Below are positions 38,226 to 48,357 of a DNA stretch of 49,094 bases, piece after piece; the first letter of the stretch is position 1; each line of letters starts with the position of its first letter. The notes below the pieces were generated by a model that did not search any database, was not told where the DNA came from, and worked only from the letters and a program-made list of their open reading frames with translations. Source of the stretch: Patescibacteria group bacterium. GTDB taxonomy: Bacteria > Patescibacteriota > Minisyncoccia > Moranbacterales > DUUL01. The stretch covers positions 1 to 49,094 of the forward strand of contig JAYEFY010000008.1 of assembly GCA_034658815.1 (NCBI GenBank). The letters are read 5' to 3'. Position numbers and translations under genes: made by a program.

Positions 38226-39170
38226 ATGAAAAAAATTGTTTTTGCGCTTATGATGCTCGCGGTTCCATTAGCGGCATATGGGGGAAGTTATGATGTATAT
38301 GTTGACATAGATAACAATACCGGCACTGAAGATGGAACAAGAGATCATCCTTATAACACAATTACCGAAGGAGTCGAAGCGGCCTCAAATAAAAATGAGA
38401 ATCACAGAAAAATCTTTGTTTACAATGGCCAATACCGTGAAAAAGTGAAAATTGAAAAGGACGTTGAATTATATGGCCAAGATAAAAACAAGACCATTAT
38501 TTATGGCAAAGACTCCTCTGGTGACGAATTCTCTTATGCCGTGAAGATGAAAAATGGTTCCAAGATCAGAAATTTTACTATAAAATACGGCAAAACGGGG
38601 ATTCTTGTGGATGAGGACTGCAAGGCAACAATAAAAAAATGCAAAATAAAAAAATCGGACAAGATCGGAGTTGAAGTTCTTAGGGCTGACCGCAATGATA
38701 AAAAGATCTTTACGCTTGAAGATAGTAAAGTGTATGACGGGGACGGAAAAGCTTTATATATTCGAAAACGCAAAATATTTATTGAAGAAAATAAAATTTA
38801 TGACAATGATCAAGAGGGAATTGATCTGCGATCAAAAGTGAAAGGCAAGATCTATGACAATGAAATTTATGGCAATGGTGAGAGCGGTATTGAATTCGAA
38901 GTGCGTCGAGCGAAACTCAAAATCAAAGACAACAAAATTAAATCTAACAAGGGAAGCGGGATCAACGCCCAATATCGGGGTAAAAATCCTCCCGGTGAAA
39001 TATTAGTGATTGACAATTCAATCCGTAAAAATTCTGATTTCGGGCTGCGCTGCAGCAGGCCGCAGGGAGGAACACCGCCAATTGACTATTTCTCAAGTTC
39101 GATAACATTACTTGAAAATGTTTTTGAGAAAAATGATGACGGAATATTTTCACAAATGTGTCATATGTAA
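38226..39170 (+). CDS. Secreted right-handed parallel beta-helix protein
   Basis: Signal peptide; 'YVD....EDGTRDHPYNTITEGV', 'NGQYRE'; repeated 'N.IY.N...GI' coils. Confidence 0.85.
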   Translation: MKKIVFALMMLAVPLAAYGGSYDVYVDIDNNTGTEDGTRDHPYNTITEGVEAASNKNENHRKIFVYNGQYREKVKIEKDVELYGQDKNKTIIYGKDSSGDEFSYAVKMKNGSKIRNFTIKYGKTGILVDEDCKATIKKCKIKKSDKIGVEVLRADRNDKKIFTLEDSKVYDGDGKALYIRKRKIFIEENKIYDNDQEGIDLRSKVKGKIYDNEIYGNGESGIEFEVRRAKLKIKDNKIKSNKGSGINAQYRGKNPPGEILVIDNSIRKNSDFGLRCSRPQGGTPPIDYFSSSITLLENVFEKNDDGIFSQMCHM

Positions 39171-39477
39171 ATTCAAATAAGTCATTCCGTTACTCAAGTT
39201 AATTTAGGAAAGATCGTTGTTGAAAATAAATTCAAAAGAGCTGCCATTAGATCGCCTTTGTTAATAGAATCGGCAGGAATTAGTTGGGAACAGTTTCTCT
39301 AAAGCCATTCAAACATTTCAGTGGTTCGGCTTGAAGCAGACAGGGCGCCAGTATCATGTCGGATGATTCTTGTTGTTTGAAAAAAGGCGTTAATGTTGTA
39401 CAATACTTATGCTGACAGTTGTACGATGATCGCGTGGCATTTAAGAGGATCAAAAACAATACAAAAACAAAGTGGGA

Positions 39478-40317
39478 ATGAAAAAAAATATCAAGATACT
39501 CCAAAAACGAAGTGGAATAAAGGTTTTATCGCTGCGTACTTGCTGGTAGCTACGGCGGCTGTCACTACTTTGCTTGCCGGTCTTTTGGTGTTTGTGGCAT
39601 CTTCCCAGCGCAGAAGTTCCGATGAAGTTTTGTGCCAGCAGGCTCTTCAGCTTGCTGAAACCGGGATATATTTTTATAAATGGTATCTCGCCAAAATTTA
39701 GACGGGAAGAATGCTCAATAATGGATATTCCGGTAAGAAGGTACCCCTTAACGTTGCGAACAAATGATAAAGTTGAAGTTAGGCGTGTTTTCAATTATGG
39801 AAGTTCATCATATCGCATTATTTATGAATCAGACGCAGAGGTGTTTGATTTTCCGTCTAGCAATCTTATCTTTGTAGGAAACTATTTATGGATCGATGGG
39901 CAGATTGATACGGCGTATTTAACAATTGCATCCGCTGATCTGGGTTCCGAAACGGACACGGATATTTATATCAATAATGACATAACATACACGAATACAG
40001 ACGGACAGGATGTTACTGGACTGATTGCTGAAAGAAATATTTCAATAGGTCTTTATTCTGATAACAATTTGCAAATTGACGCGGCATTGCCGGCTTAAAG
40101 CGGCAGAGTGGGACGGGATTGGTACTGGAACAATCATAAAGACAAGATCATTGTTTATGGATCAATTGCAACAAATCAGCGGTACGGATTCGCATGGACA
40201 GATGGAACAGGGTACAATATCCGGAATCTTTTTTTTGACAACAATCTGCTCTATACGCCCCCGCCGTATTTTCCCACCGGGACGGAATATGCGTTTGATC
40301 TATGGGAGGATCTGTAA
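39478..40317 (+). pseudogene. Degraded PilX-like type IV pilus accessory gene
   Basis: PilX-type N-terminus 'KGFIAAYLLV...QALQLAETGIYFYKWYLA'. The ATG at 39478 is out of frame across an A8 tract. Stop at 39699-39701 with a frame change, and an in-frame TAA at 40096-40098 between 'QIDAALPA' and 'GRVGR...FDNNLLYTPPPYFP...WE'. Confidence 0.7.
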
Positions 40318-40631
40318 AAGGACTGTTGCCCAAGTCAGTTTCTCTGTCTCATCGGCAGACAGGCTGCCCACCGCCTGCGAAAGGCGGAAGCGTTGTCCCA
40401 CTGCTCGCGAACACCTGCCTGTCCCGCCTACCGTCTGCCTACCCTGCGGCAGGCAAGGCAAGGCGTTAGTAAAATAACATTTTTGGCAGATGGTCGGTTT
40501 AGAGTCTCGTATACTGTTGCAATTTCTCCTTCAGAGGCGGATAGCATGCTTTAGCTGTCCCGCCTCGGCAGGATCGCAACGGAAGAGAGTTTTCAAATAA
40601 GCTGTTAGAAACAGTTCTATAAATAAAAAAT

Positions 40632-41726
40632 ATGAAGTTTTCAACTATAAAGCACTGCCTTGCTTGTTTTTCCAAGCCGCGAATATTCAATGTTGATATC
40701 AATAACAAGGATATGAAGATATTTCAGATCGAACAGAAAAAGAACAGGCATAAGGTGATAGGATGGGCAAAAAAAAAGTTTCCGCGAGGAGTAATTGATG
40801 ATTTTGAAGTTAAAGATAAAGATAAGTTCGTAGAAGTGCTTGGAGAAGCTCTTGCATCAAATACGGCAAGAAAGATCAAAGGAAGTGTTGTCGCATTATC
40901 CATTCCGGAGAATAAAGTTTTTCTTCGGATTCTTGATATCCCGGTAATGACAGAAAAAGAGGCCGCTGAAGCGATCAAATGGGAAGTTGAAGGAAACATC
41001 CCTATTTCAATAGATGAAGTATATTATGATTGGCAAATTGTTAAAAAAGAGGGCAAAAAAATGAAAGTTCTTATTGCGGCTTCACCGAGACGAATAATTG
41101 ACAGCCTTATTGAAGCGTTTGAACATGCTGATCTGCGTGTTTGTATTTTAGAGGCAGATTCAATTGCTGTAGAAAGAAGCCTTTTGCCTCAAAATGAAAA
41201 TGATCCTATTTTAGTTGTTGATATTGGAATCGAAGGAACAGGATATTTTGTTTTTTATAATGGATATCCGGTTTTCTCTTCAAGCGGATATATTTCAGGA
41301 CAAATGTTCACAGACGCTGTGGCAAAATATTATGAAATTGAATGGGATAAAGCGGAACATTATAAAACAAAAGTTGGGCTTGGATCAAACAGAAAGGAGC
41401 GTGAAGAAGCGTTGTGTTTTTATAGTCCGCTTTTAACGACGTTAATTCAGGAAATTGAGAAAACAATTAATTTTTATAATGAAAATCTTAGCGGTAACTC
41501 CAAAAAGGAAGTGAGAAAGGTGATCTTGTGCGGTGGCGGATCCAATTTCAAAGGTTTATTGCCGTATTTGGCTATCCATCTCAAAAGACAAGTTGCACAG
41601 GGAAATCCTTGGGAAAATATTAAGCTGGCAAAAGAAATTCCGCCAATATCAAAAGAAGAGGCGCAAAGTTATATCACTGTTATCGGTTTAGCCCTTAAAA
41701 GCAGCAATTATGGAAATCAATATTAA
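40632..41726 (+). CDS. pilM: Type IV pilus assembly protein PilM
   Basis: Actin/FtsA-like fold motifs: 'AIKWEVEGNIP....VYYDW', 'LVVDIG', 'EIEKTINFY', 'VILCGGGSN', 'IGLALK'. Confidence 0.88.
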   Translation: MKFSTIKHCLACFSKPRIFNVDINNKDMKIFQIEQKKNRHKVIGWAKKKFPRGVIDDFEVKDKDKFVEVLGEALASNTARKIKGSVVALSIPENKVFLRILDIPVMTEKEAAEAIKWEVEGNIPISIDEVYYDWQIVKKEGKKMKVLIAASPRRIIDSLIEAFEHADLRVCILEADSIAVERSLLPQNENDPILVVDIGIEGTGYFVFYNGYPVFSSSGYISGQMFTDAVAKYYEIEWDKAEHYKTKVGLGSNRKEREEALCFYSPLLTTLIQEIEKTINFYNENLSGNSKKEVRKVILCGGGSNFKGLLPYLAIHLKRQVAQGNPWENIKLAKEIPPISKEEAQSYITVIGLALKSSNYGNQY

Positions 41727-42261
41727 TCTCCTTCCACCGGAACAAAAGGATAAATTAAGAGATTTACGCATTGTCGGAATAATTTTCAAAATTGGAACGA
41801 CTGCGTTGTTTTCGCTTGGAATTTTTTGGATATTCTTACAGTTTTGTAATCAAGCAATTATAATCCAAAAAAATGTTTTTGATAAGGGATTCACTCAGTT
41901 TACCCATACGGATTCATTTAAAGAAGTTCAAAAATCTCAAAATGAAATAAAACAATACAGCAAACAAGCAAAACAAATTAGAAGCGGTTTAATTGCAAAG
42001 AATAGCTGTTGGAACGTCATCAATGAAATTAACTGTATTATACCTGACGATGTTTATTTAAAAAAATTGTCAATTTATGAATCTGAAGAGGAGGAAGAAA
42101 CGCTTAAACTTAACGGGTTTGCTTTTCACCGGCAATCGCTGCTATTATTTGAAAAAAAACTCAAGGAGAATGAAATGTTTACCAATGTTGAGTCGCCAAT
42201 TTCCAATCTTGTTATGAATGAAAACATTAGTTTTGAATTCAAAGCGGTATTAAAAAAATAA
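41710..42261 (+). CDS. pilN: Type IV pilus assembly protein PilN
   Basis: N-terminal 'INLLP' motif, TM, 'IPDDVYL', 'LNGFA', 'FTNVESP'. Confidence 0.88.
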   Translation: MEININLLPPEQKDKLRDLRIVGIIFKIGTTALFSLGIFWIFLQFCNQAIIIQKNVFDKGFTQFTHTDSFKEVQKSQNEIKQYSKQAKQIRSGLIAKNSCWNVINEINCIIPDDVYLKKLSIYESEEEEETLKLNGFAFHRQSLLLFEKKLKENEMFTNVESPISNLVMNENISFEFKAVLKK

Positions 42262-42265
42262 AGCT

Positions 42266-42919
42266 ATGGACGAAAAAGACGAAACCGGTAAAACAAAAAA
42301 AATTATTTTCATTACTTTGCTGGTGATGTGCGCTGTTGTTGGGCTTGTTATGTTTTTTGTTATTATCCCCAGTATAAATAAGATGTACAGTTCAAAAGAT
42401 GAACTTGAAGAAAATAAGCTCCATTTCGAGTCAATAAAACAAGATGTTGCAAAAGAGAAAAGTTATTCCGATCTTCTGATAAATATTAAAAACAATGAGA
42501 ATCTTCTTGAAAATGCTCTCATCAAGAGCGGAGCGGAGGTGGCATTTATTGAAAAAATTGAAGCAATCGGAAGCGAGGCGGGAAATGGTGTCGAGATTAA
42601 ATATCAAAAGATAGAGCCCAAAAGAGTGAAGGTGTCAGTTGTCAAACAAGACAAAGAAACAATCGAAAAACAGAAACGCCAAGAACAACTTGAAAAAAGC
42701 AGGATCAATCTATTAATTACAGTGAAAGGAGACTATGGATCATTTCTTGAGTTTATCTATAAGTTGGAAAATTTACCGCATGTTTTTAAGATCGAATCAG
42801 TTATGATTGATAAGGGCAGCAGGTCAAGGATACTGACTTCCAATGAAGATAGGCTTCCAAATTATACAGAAGGGAAAATTCTTATTTCGTTTATTCCGGC
42901 AAAATCATGCAAAGAATAG
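42266..42919 (+). CDS. pilO: PilO-like protein
   Basis: TM, coiled coil, 'ITVKGDYGSFLEFIYKLENLP'; position after pilN. Confidence 0.75.
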   Translation: MDEKDETGKTKKIIFITLLVMCAVVGLVMFFVIIPSINKMYSSKDELEENKLHFESIKQDVAKEKSYSDLLINIKNNENLLENALIKSGAEVAFIEKIEAIGSEAGNGVEIKYQKIEPKRVKVSVVKQDKETIEKQKRQEQLEKSRINLLITVKGDYGSFLEFIYKLENLPHVFKIESVMIDKGSRSRILTSNEDRLPNYTEGKILISFIPAKSCKE

Positions 42920-43362
42920 ACATAAAAAAATTAACGGCAAAAGCAACTGCATTTTTTGAAGTAGTCGGTTCGTATATCAATTTGAATACATGGTACTTCA
43001 CAGTGTTGTTTTTTGTTGGAATTCTAATTGCCTCGCTATGGACATGGTGGAATTGTTTTCAAAATCCCGTACCGTCGAGCGAGATATTAATTCGTGTTGA
43101 GCAAAGGAAAGAGAATTATCCAAAAATGAAATTAGGAACAGAGGAGGTAATCACAATTCTTCAAGAAAACAGAAAACGTTTTGATAACCCTCCGTTTTTT
43201 GGAGATCAAAGAGAACTTTTTTGGGAAATAGACCCTGAAGATCCTAAAGATCCATCAAGCATTGCTATAGAGTCGAACGAACCGGGTGGCGGAGAAAAAG
43301 TGGAGGAAAGATCAGGTGATATGGGGAATGTTCCAAAAGAAACGGAAGAGCCGGCGCAATAA
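42907..43362 (+). CDS. Hypothetical single-TM protein at the pilP position
   Basis: Overlaps the pilO stop; one TM; acidic/Pro-rich tail. Confidence 0.65.
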   Translation: MQRIDIKKLTAKATAFFEVVGSYINLNTWYFTVLFFVGILIASLWTWWNCFQNPVPSSEILIRVEQRKENYPKMKLGTEEVITILQENRKRFDNPPFFGDQRELFWEIDPEDPKDPSSIAIESNEPGGGEKVEERSGDMGNVPKETEEPAQ

Positions 43363-43458
43363 AACCTTTGACCTTTGACTGAAAGGCAATTTTTTGTTAC
43401 CCTCTTTGGAGGGTGCTTTTGTTTAAAATTTCTGCAGTCCCATCATAATACCATTGTT

Positions 43459-43532
43459 GTCCCGGTAGCTCAGTTGGACAGAGCGGGAGCCTTCTAAGCT
43501 CTAGGCCGCAGGTTCGAATCCTGCCCGGGATA
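43459..43532 (+). tRNA. tRNA-Arg (anticodon TCT), CCA not encoded
   Basis: Acceptor GTCCCGG/CCGGGAT; D-arm GCTC-AGTTGGACA-GAGC; anticodon loop CT-TCT-AA; T-arm GCAGG-TTCGAAT-CCTGC. Confidence 0.95.
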
Positions 43533-43901
43533 CTATCAAGACTGGAAAATTTGCCGTACTGGAAACATTACCATTCCAGACTTGTTAAATTGAATGTGTT
43601 ACAATTTTTTGCTCAGTATCTTGTAGATTTTCCTTACTGATTTTCTGATCCCATTCTTTTTTGCCTGCCAGTCAATTTTCCCATGCTTCGAGTTCTTGCT
43701 CGACACGAGGCACAAAAAAACAGTTCAAAAGAAAGTTAATCATGTTGTCAAAAGCCAGTTTCTTAATTCAAATACCAGATTAGCTAATTTTTTCAATCTC
43801 TCACCACTTTCTCTCTCATTAAGAGTGGGACATAAGGGAAAGAGTTTCGTAATTCAGGGTAATTAACAATTTTTGGCAGGAATTAATTTGGGGGCAGTTA
43901 T

Positions 43902-45002
43902 CTAAATCAGAAATTCAATAACGTCGCCGTCTTGAACAATATAATCTTTTCCTTCAGTGCGCACCAGACCCGATTCACGGGCCTGCTTCATCAAATTCGG
44001 GCAGGTTTTTTGCTCCGGTTTAATTTTAATCAGATTATCATAATTGATCACTTCCGCGCGGATAAATTTTTCTTCAAAATCACCATGAATGGCGCGCGCG
44101 GCGCGCGGCGCGGTAGAGCCTTTCGGAATAGTCCAGGCGCGGCTTTCCTTTTCTCCGGTTGTAAGAAAAGTCATTAAACCAAGCATGTCATAACTTTTTT
44201 TTATCAATTCAGACAGCTCCGATTTAAGCTTAAGTTCAGCCTTGTCTTTATCAGAAAGTTCCAAAAGCTCTTCTTCGATCTTGATAGCGAGCGGCACGTA
44301 TGTTTGTCTGTACATGCGTATATATGTTTCCATTCCATATCTTTTAAACTCTTCTTTAATTTTTTCCGGGTTGTTTGTATTAAATACGCAGAGAATCGGC
44401 TTAAATAATAAAAGATGCAGATCATAAATATAATCAAAGTCTTTTCCGATGCTTTTTATGAATTTGCGCACCTCATTAAAATTATTTTGAGCAAGAATTT
44501 CTTTCAGCTTGAGTGTAATTTCGCGCTGTTTTATTTTTTCCTTATCGTTTGTGCGAGCCTCTTTATCAAGTCTTGTCAATCGTTTTTCAACGGTTTCAAT
44601 GTCAGCGAGAATAAGCTCTGTGTTTACAATTTCAATATCTTCTTTTGGATCGATCACGTCATGAACGTGAACGATATTTTTGTCTTCGAACATTCTTACG
44701 ACATGTGCAATTGCGTCAACCTCCCGAATATTATGCAAAAATTTGTTGCCCAGGCCTTGTCCTTCGGCCGCGCCTTTAACAAGCCCGGCGATATCGACAA
44801 ATTCAACTGTAGCGAATAATTTTTGTTTTGAATTAGAAAGTTTTGCAAGAGCAGTAACTCGTTGATCAGGAACTTCAACAACACCTATATTAGGTTCGAT
44901 CGTGCAGAATGGGTAGTTATTGATATCTACCTGAATATTTGTGAGAGCTTTAAATAACGTGGATTTTCCGACATTAGGCAATCCAACAATTCCAATTTTC
45001 AT
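43902..45002 (-). CDS. ychF: Redox-regulated ATPase YchF
   Basis: '[14 protein letters not shown]', '[10 protein letters not shown]', 'DIAGLVKGA', TGS domain '[15 protein letters not shown]'. Confidence 0.97.
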   Translation of the reverse strand: MKIGIVGLPNVGKSTLFKALTNIQVDINNYPFCTIEPNIGVVEVPDQRVTALAKLSNSKQKLFATVEFVDIAGLVKGAAEGQGLGNKFLHNIREVDAIAHVVRMFEDKNIVHVHDVIDPKEDIEIVNTELILADIETVEKRLTRLDKEARTNDKEKIKQREITLKLKEILAQNNFNEVRKFIKSIGKDFDYIYDLHLLLFKPILCVFNTNNPEKIKEEFKRYGMETYIRMYRQTYVPLAIKIEEELLELSDKDKAELKLKSELSELIKKSYDMLGLMTFLTTGEKESRAWTIPKGSTAPRAARAIHGDFEEKFIRAEVINYDNLIKIKPEQKTCPNLMKQARESGLVRTEGKDYIVQDGDVIEFLI

Positions 45003-45171
45003 AAAACTTATGTCGAATTTATTATTCTGTAATTATTATTCATCATTACGTTTCTGGAGATGATTGTCAATGCAACCAATAAAAAGTTTGTCCGCTTTCA
45101 CGCCTGCCGGCAGGATTTTGCTTTGTTGAATACTGTTAGAAAGCAGAGCGTTATTTGCAACATTGCCGCTC

Positions 45172-45217
45172 TCTTATCATTCTGAGTCCCGAGTATTCGG
45201 GACTCAGAATGATAAGA
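45172..45217. repeat. Perfect 21-bp-arm palindrome made of two nested repeat families
   Basis: TCTTATCATTCTGAGTCCCGA-GTAT-TCGGGACTCAGAATGATAAGA. Confidence 0.9.
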
Positions 45218-45433
45218 ATGAAAGTGCAAACAATGCTGGGGTTTCTTGTGAATAAACAGAGAATACTACATACGTGAGCGCTTGCGGCTTCATCCTCTAT
45301 AGTAAAAAGTTTATTGAACAAGGCGCAATAAAAGCGTATAATATAGAAAAAAGGAGAATGCGCGTTATTAAGATTTTTTATTGGTGATTTCAAAATAATG
45401 TGCTAGTTTTACATATAAACTTAATTTCCATTA

Positions 45434-46207
45434 ATGGAAATTATTCACAATAAAGAGGCAACAGGAAAAATGCATGTTACTCGTCTACAAAAAGCCAAGA
45501 TAGTTCTCGCGCTTAATTTCGTCACATTGTTTGTTATAGTGGTTTCCACCCCATTTTTTATTACTCAGGGAACGGAAATGATCGCAGAAGAGGGAATAGA
45601 AGGGATATTTCTTGGTATTGAGATGATTGCGACAATTTTTATTTTTCGCCATTATGACGCACAGATAAAAAGGAAAGAAGAAGAGGCGATACTGTTAAAT
45701 GTAAAATTTAAGAAGAAAGAACGAGAATTATTAAGTTCTTTAGAATATCTTGGGAAAGTAAATGTTCAAATATCAATGATCCGTTCTCTTTTTGAAGCAA
45801 TGCGGGTTCCGTCAACAAAGAATCAACTCCATGAAATGTATACTGAATTGCTTCACGTTGTAAGCAGTGTAACAAAAGAAAAAGAAGTTTCACTGAGAAC
45901 GGTGAATCTAAAAACCAAACGAACTGTCAGTGAGCATACTGAATTTATCAAAAAAATCAGCAAATATGGAATAACAATTGGAAACAGCGAGCTCGTTCAA
46001 AGATTCAATGCTAAAGAAAGGAAAGAAAAAGGCAAGATGAACATTTTTTATTCCGACGCTGAGAATTTTTGTATAAAGACATTTATTTTTGTGCCCCATG
46101 CCGGTACCAGGCGATTTTTATCAGAAGAAAGAATGTTTCTTGAAGCAATAGCGAATCAGTGTGAAATTATGTTTTTACTTTTTAGCTCTCGCTATTACCG
46201 GGGCTAA
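45434..46207 (+). CDS. Hypothetical two-TM protein with a coiled coil and a possibly GAF-like C-terminal domain
   Basis: Two hydrophobic helices; 'LEYLGKVNVQI'; ends 'EERMFLEAIANQ'. Confidence 0.65.
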   Translation: MEIIHNKEATGKMHVTRLQKAKIVLALNFVTLFVIVVSTPFFITQGTEMIAEEGIEGIFLGIEMIATIFIFRHYDAQIKRKEEEAILLNVKFKKKERELLSSLEYLGKVNVQISMIRSLFEAMRVPSTKNQLHEMYTELLHVVSSVTKEKEVSLRTVNLKTKRTVSEHTEFIKKISKYGITIGNSELVQRFNAKERKEKGKMNIFYSDAENFCIKTFIFVPHAGTRRFLSEERMFLEAIANQCEIMFLLFSSRYYRG

Positions 46208-46330
46208 GAGCCTCGTTTGAAAATTCTCACAGTCAAAATATGCTTGTCCTCCTCTGGAGGAGAAATTGCAGCAGAATATGAGGTTTTCAGACAGGCTCTA
46301 GATCGTTGTTTTAATTATGAAACTAAAAAA

Positions 46331-47164
46331 ATGAAAGGCATTATTCTTGCAGGAGGAACCGCTACAAGACTATTTCCCTTGACTGCAACGACAAGCAAAC
46401 AGCTTTTGCCTGTTTACGACCGACAAATGATCTTTTATCCGCTTAATGTTTTAATTAAGGCCGGCATTGGAGAGATTCTGATTATTGTCGCACCGGATAA
46501 CTCAGGGCAATTTCTAAATCTGCTTGGATCTATTTTCCAAAAACATGATATAAAAGTTGAATTTATGGTGCAGAAAATTCCGAAAGGGCTGGCAGATGCG
46601 TTTATCATTGGAGAAGATTTTATTGATGATGATGATGTAATGCTTATTTTAGGCGATAATATTTTTGAAGATGATCTCTATGAAAAAATCGGCAGTTTCA
46701 AAAAAGGCGGTATGATATTTGTAAAAAAAGTGCCGGATCCTAAACGCTATGGCGTCGTAGAATTCGATAAAAATTTAAGAGCAATTTCAATTGAAGAAAA
46801 ACCTAAAAAGCCCAAGAGTAATTATTGCGTGACGGGAGCGTATGTTTATGATTCTCGCGTTGTTGAAATTGCTAAAAATCTTAAATCGTCAGACCGCGGT
46901 GAAATAGAAATAACCGATATCAATAATGAATATTTAAAAACGGGAAATTTAGCGGTAAAAAAACTTAAAGGAGCGTGGCTTGATGCCGGAACTTTTGATT
47001 CACTGCTTGAAGCTGGAAATATTGTGAAAGATCGGAAAATGTATAAAAAATTCGATCCAATTATTGGTAATGCAATTAAGGAACTTAACGCAGAACTGAA
47101 AAATATAGCGAAAAATGCTTTATTTAGAGGACAAAATAAAAATACATATACTATTAATATTTAA
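46331..47164 (+). CDS. rfbA: Glucose-1-phosphate thymidylyltransferase (RfbA/RmlA family)
   Basis: 'MKGIILAGGTATRLFPLT..TSKQLLPVYD', 'ILGDN', 'IEEKP', 'RGEIEITD', 'WLDAGTFDSL'. Confidence 0.9.
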   Translation: MKGIILAGGTATRLFPLTATTSKQLLPVYDRQMIFYPLNVLIKAGIGEILIIVAPDNSGQFLNLLGSIFQKHDIKVEFMVQKIPKGLADAFIIGEDFIDDDDVMLILGDNIFEDDLYEKIGSFKKGGMIFVKKVPDPKRYGVVEFDKNLRAISIEEKPKKPKSNYCVTGAYVYDSRVVEIAKNLKSSDRGEIEITDINNEYLKTGNLAVKKLKGAWLDAGTFDSLLEAGNIVKDRKMYKKFDPIIGNAIKELNAELKNIAKNALFRGQNKNTYTINI

Positions 47165-47313
47165 AACCGTTTGTTTTTTGCAAATGGCAGCGATCCTAAG
47201 CCTTAAGACGCTTTAATAAAAATCGAAAAGAAAGAGAGGGTTAGAAAATTATAGGCAAAACCAAGTTTATTTTGAATTTGAAACAATTTAGTAATAATTA
47301 TCAAAACAACACA

Positions 47314-48174
47314 ATGAAAATAAAAAAAGCGATTGTTGCCGTAGCCGGCTCGGGTACTCGGCTCTTACCGGCCACAAAGTCAATGCCTAAAGAAATGTTG
47401 CCGATCATTGATAAGCCTATCATTCAGCTGGTTGTCGAGGAGCTTGTAGAAGCCGGAATTGAGGATATAATTCTTGTGACAAAGTGGGACAAAAAACCGC
47501 TCGAAGATCACTTTGACCACAGCTGGGCGCTTGAACATGATCTCAAACAATCGGGGAAAAACGATGCATTAAAAGAAGCAAAAAGAATTGCAGAGATGGC
47601 GAATTTCATATATGTTCGCCAAGGGCCTCAGTATGGTAATGGCGTTCCCGTACTTTCGGCGAAAAGTCTTGTAAAAAATGAGCCGTTTATTTTTGCGTGG
47701 GGGGATGATCTGGTTAAATCAAAAGTATCTTTTACTAAGCAAATGGTTGAAGATTATGAAAAAACCGGACATCTTATGATAGGCGTGCAAGAAGTGCCAA
47801 AAGACCAAGTTGTTCGTTATGGCATTGTCAAACTTAAACGAGGAACAATGCGAATCGAGGGTATTGTTGAAAAACCGCCGGTTGACAAAACCCCTTCACG
47901 TTATGCTGATTTTGGAAGAATGATCCTGAATCAAGATATTATCAATGTGCTTGAGAACACTCCATTAGGAAAAGGGAACGAATTATGGATAACGGACGCA
48001 ATACAAAAATATGTTAAACAAGGAGGAGAGTTCTACGCAAAAAAAGTTGAGGATGGCGAGTGGCTTACTACCGGCGATCCGCTGAATTATCTCAAAGCAA
48101 CAATGAAATATGCGGTTGAACGCGAAGACGTTGGAAAAGAGCTCAGAAAGTTTTTTCAAAATCAATTTTGCTGA
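47314..48174 (+). CDS. galU: UTP-glucose-1-phosphate uridylyltransferase (GalU/GtaB family)
   Basis: 'KKAIVAVAGSGTRLLPATKSMPKEMLPIIDKP', 'LEDHFD', 'YVRQ', 'IVEKP', 'ELWITDAI'. Confidence 0.9.
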   Translation: MKIKKAIVAVAGSGTRLLPATKSMPKEMLPIIDKPIIQLVVEELVEAGIEDIILVTKWDKKPLEDHFDHSWALEHDLKQSGKNDALKEAKRIAEMANFIYVRQGPQYGNGVPVLSAKSLVKNEPFIFAWGDDLVKSKVSFTKQMVEDYEKTGHLMIGVQEVPKDQVVRYGIVKLKRGTMRIEGIVEKPPVDKTPSRYADFGRMILNQDIINVLENTPLGKGNELWITDAIQKYVKQGGEFYAKKVEDGEWLTTGDPLNYLKATMKYAVEREDVGKELRKFFQNQFC

Positions 48175-48357
48175 GCGTATTCCAATTATATGGCGGAAAG
48201 TTGGAAAGTAGAGAAATTCATAAAATTTTACCAAGTGCGGATAACAATCCCATAAATGAAAAATAACAAAAAAGATCGGTAAAGTTTAGAATGCGTGACT
48301 CGGCAAAATGCTTATTGGTTAAGTTAAAGTCGGGAGCAGAATGCAGGGGACTAGGCT

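Noticed and set aside
43533-43900. Integrated element at tRNA-Arg
   Set aside because: No integrase and no duplicated tRNA 3' end were seen; only a short, stop-interrupted remnant-like stretch lies before ychF.
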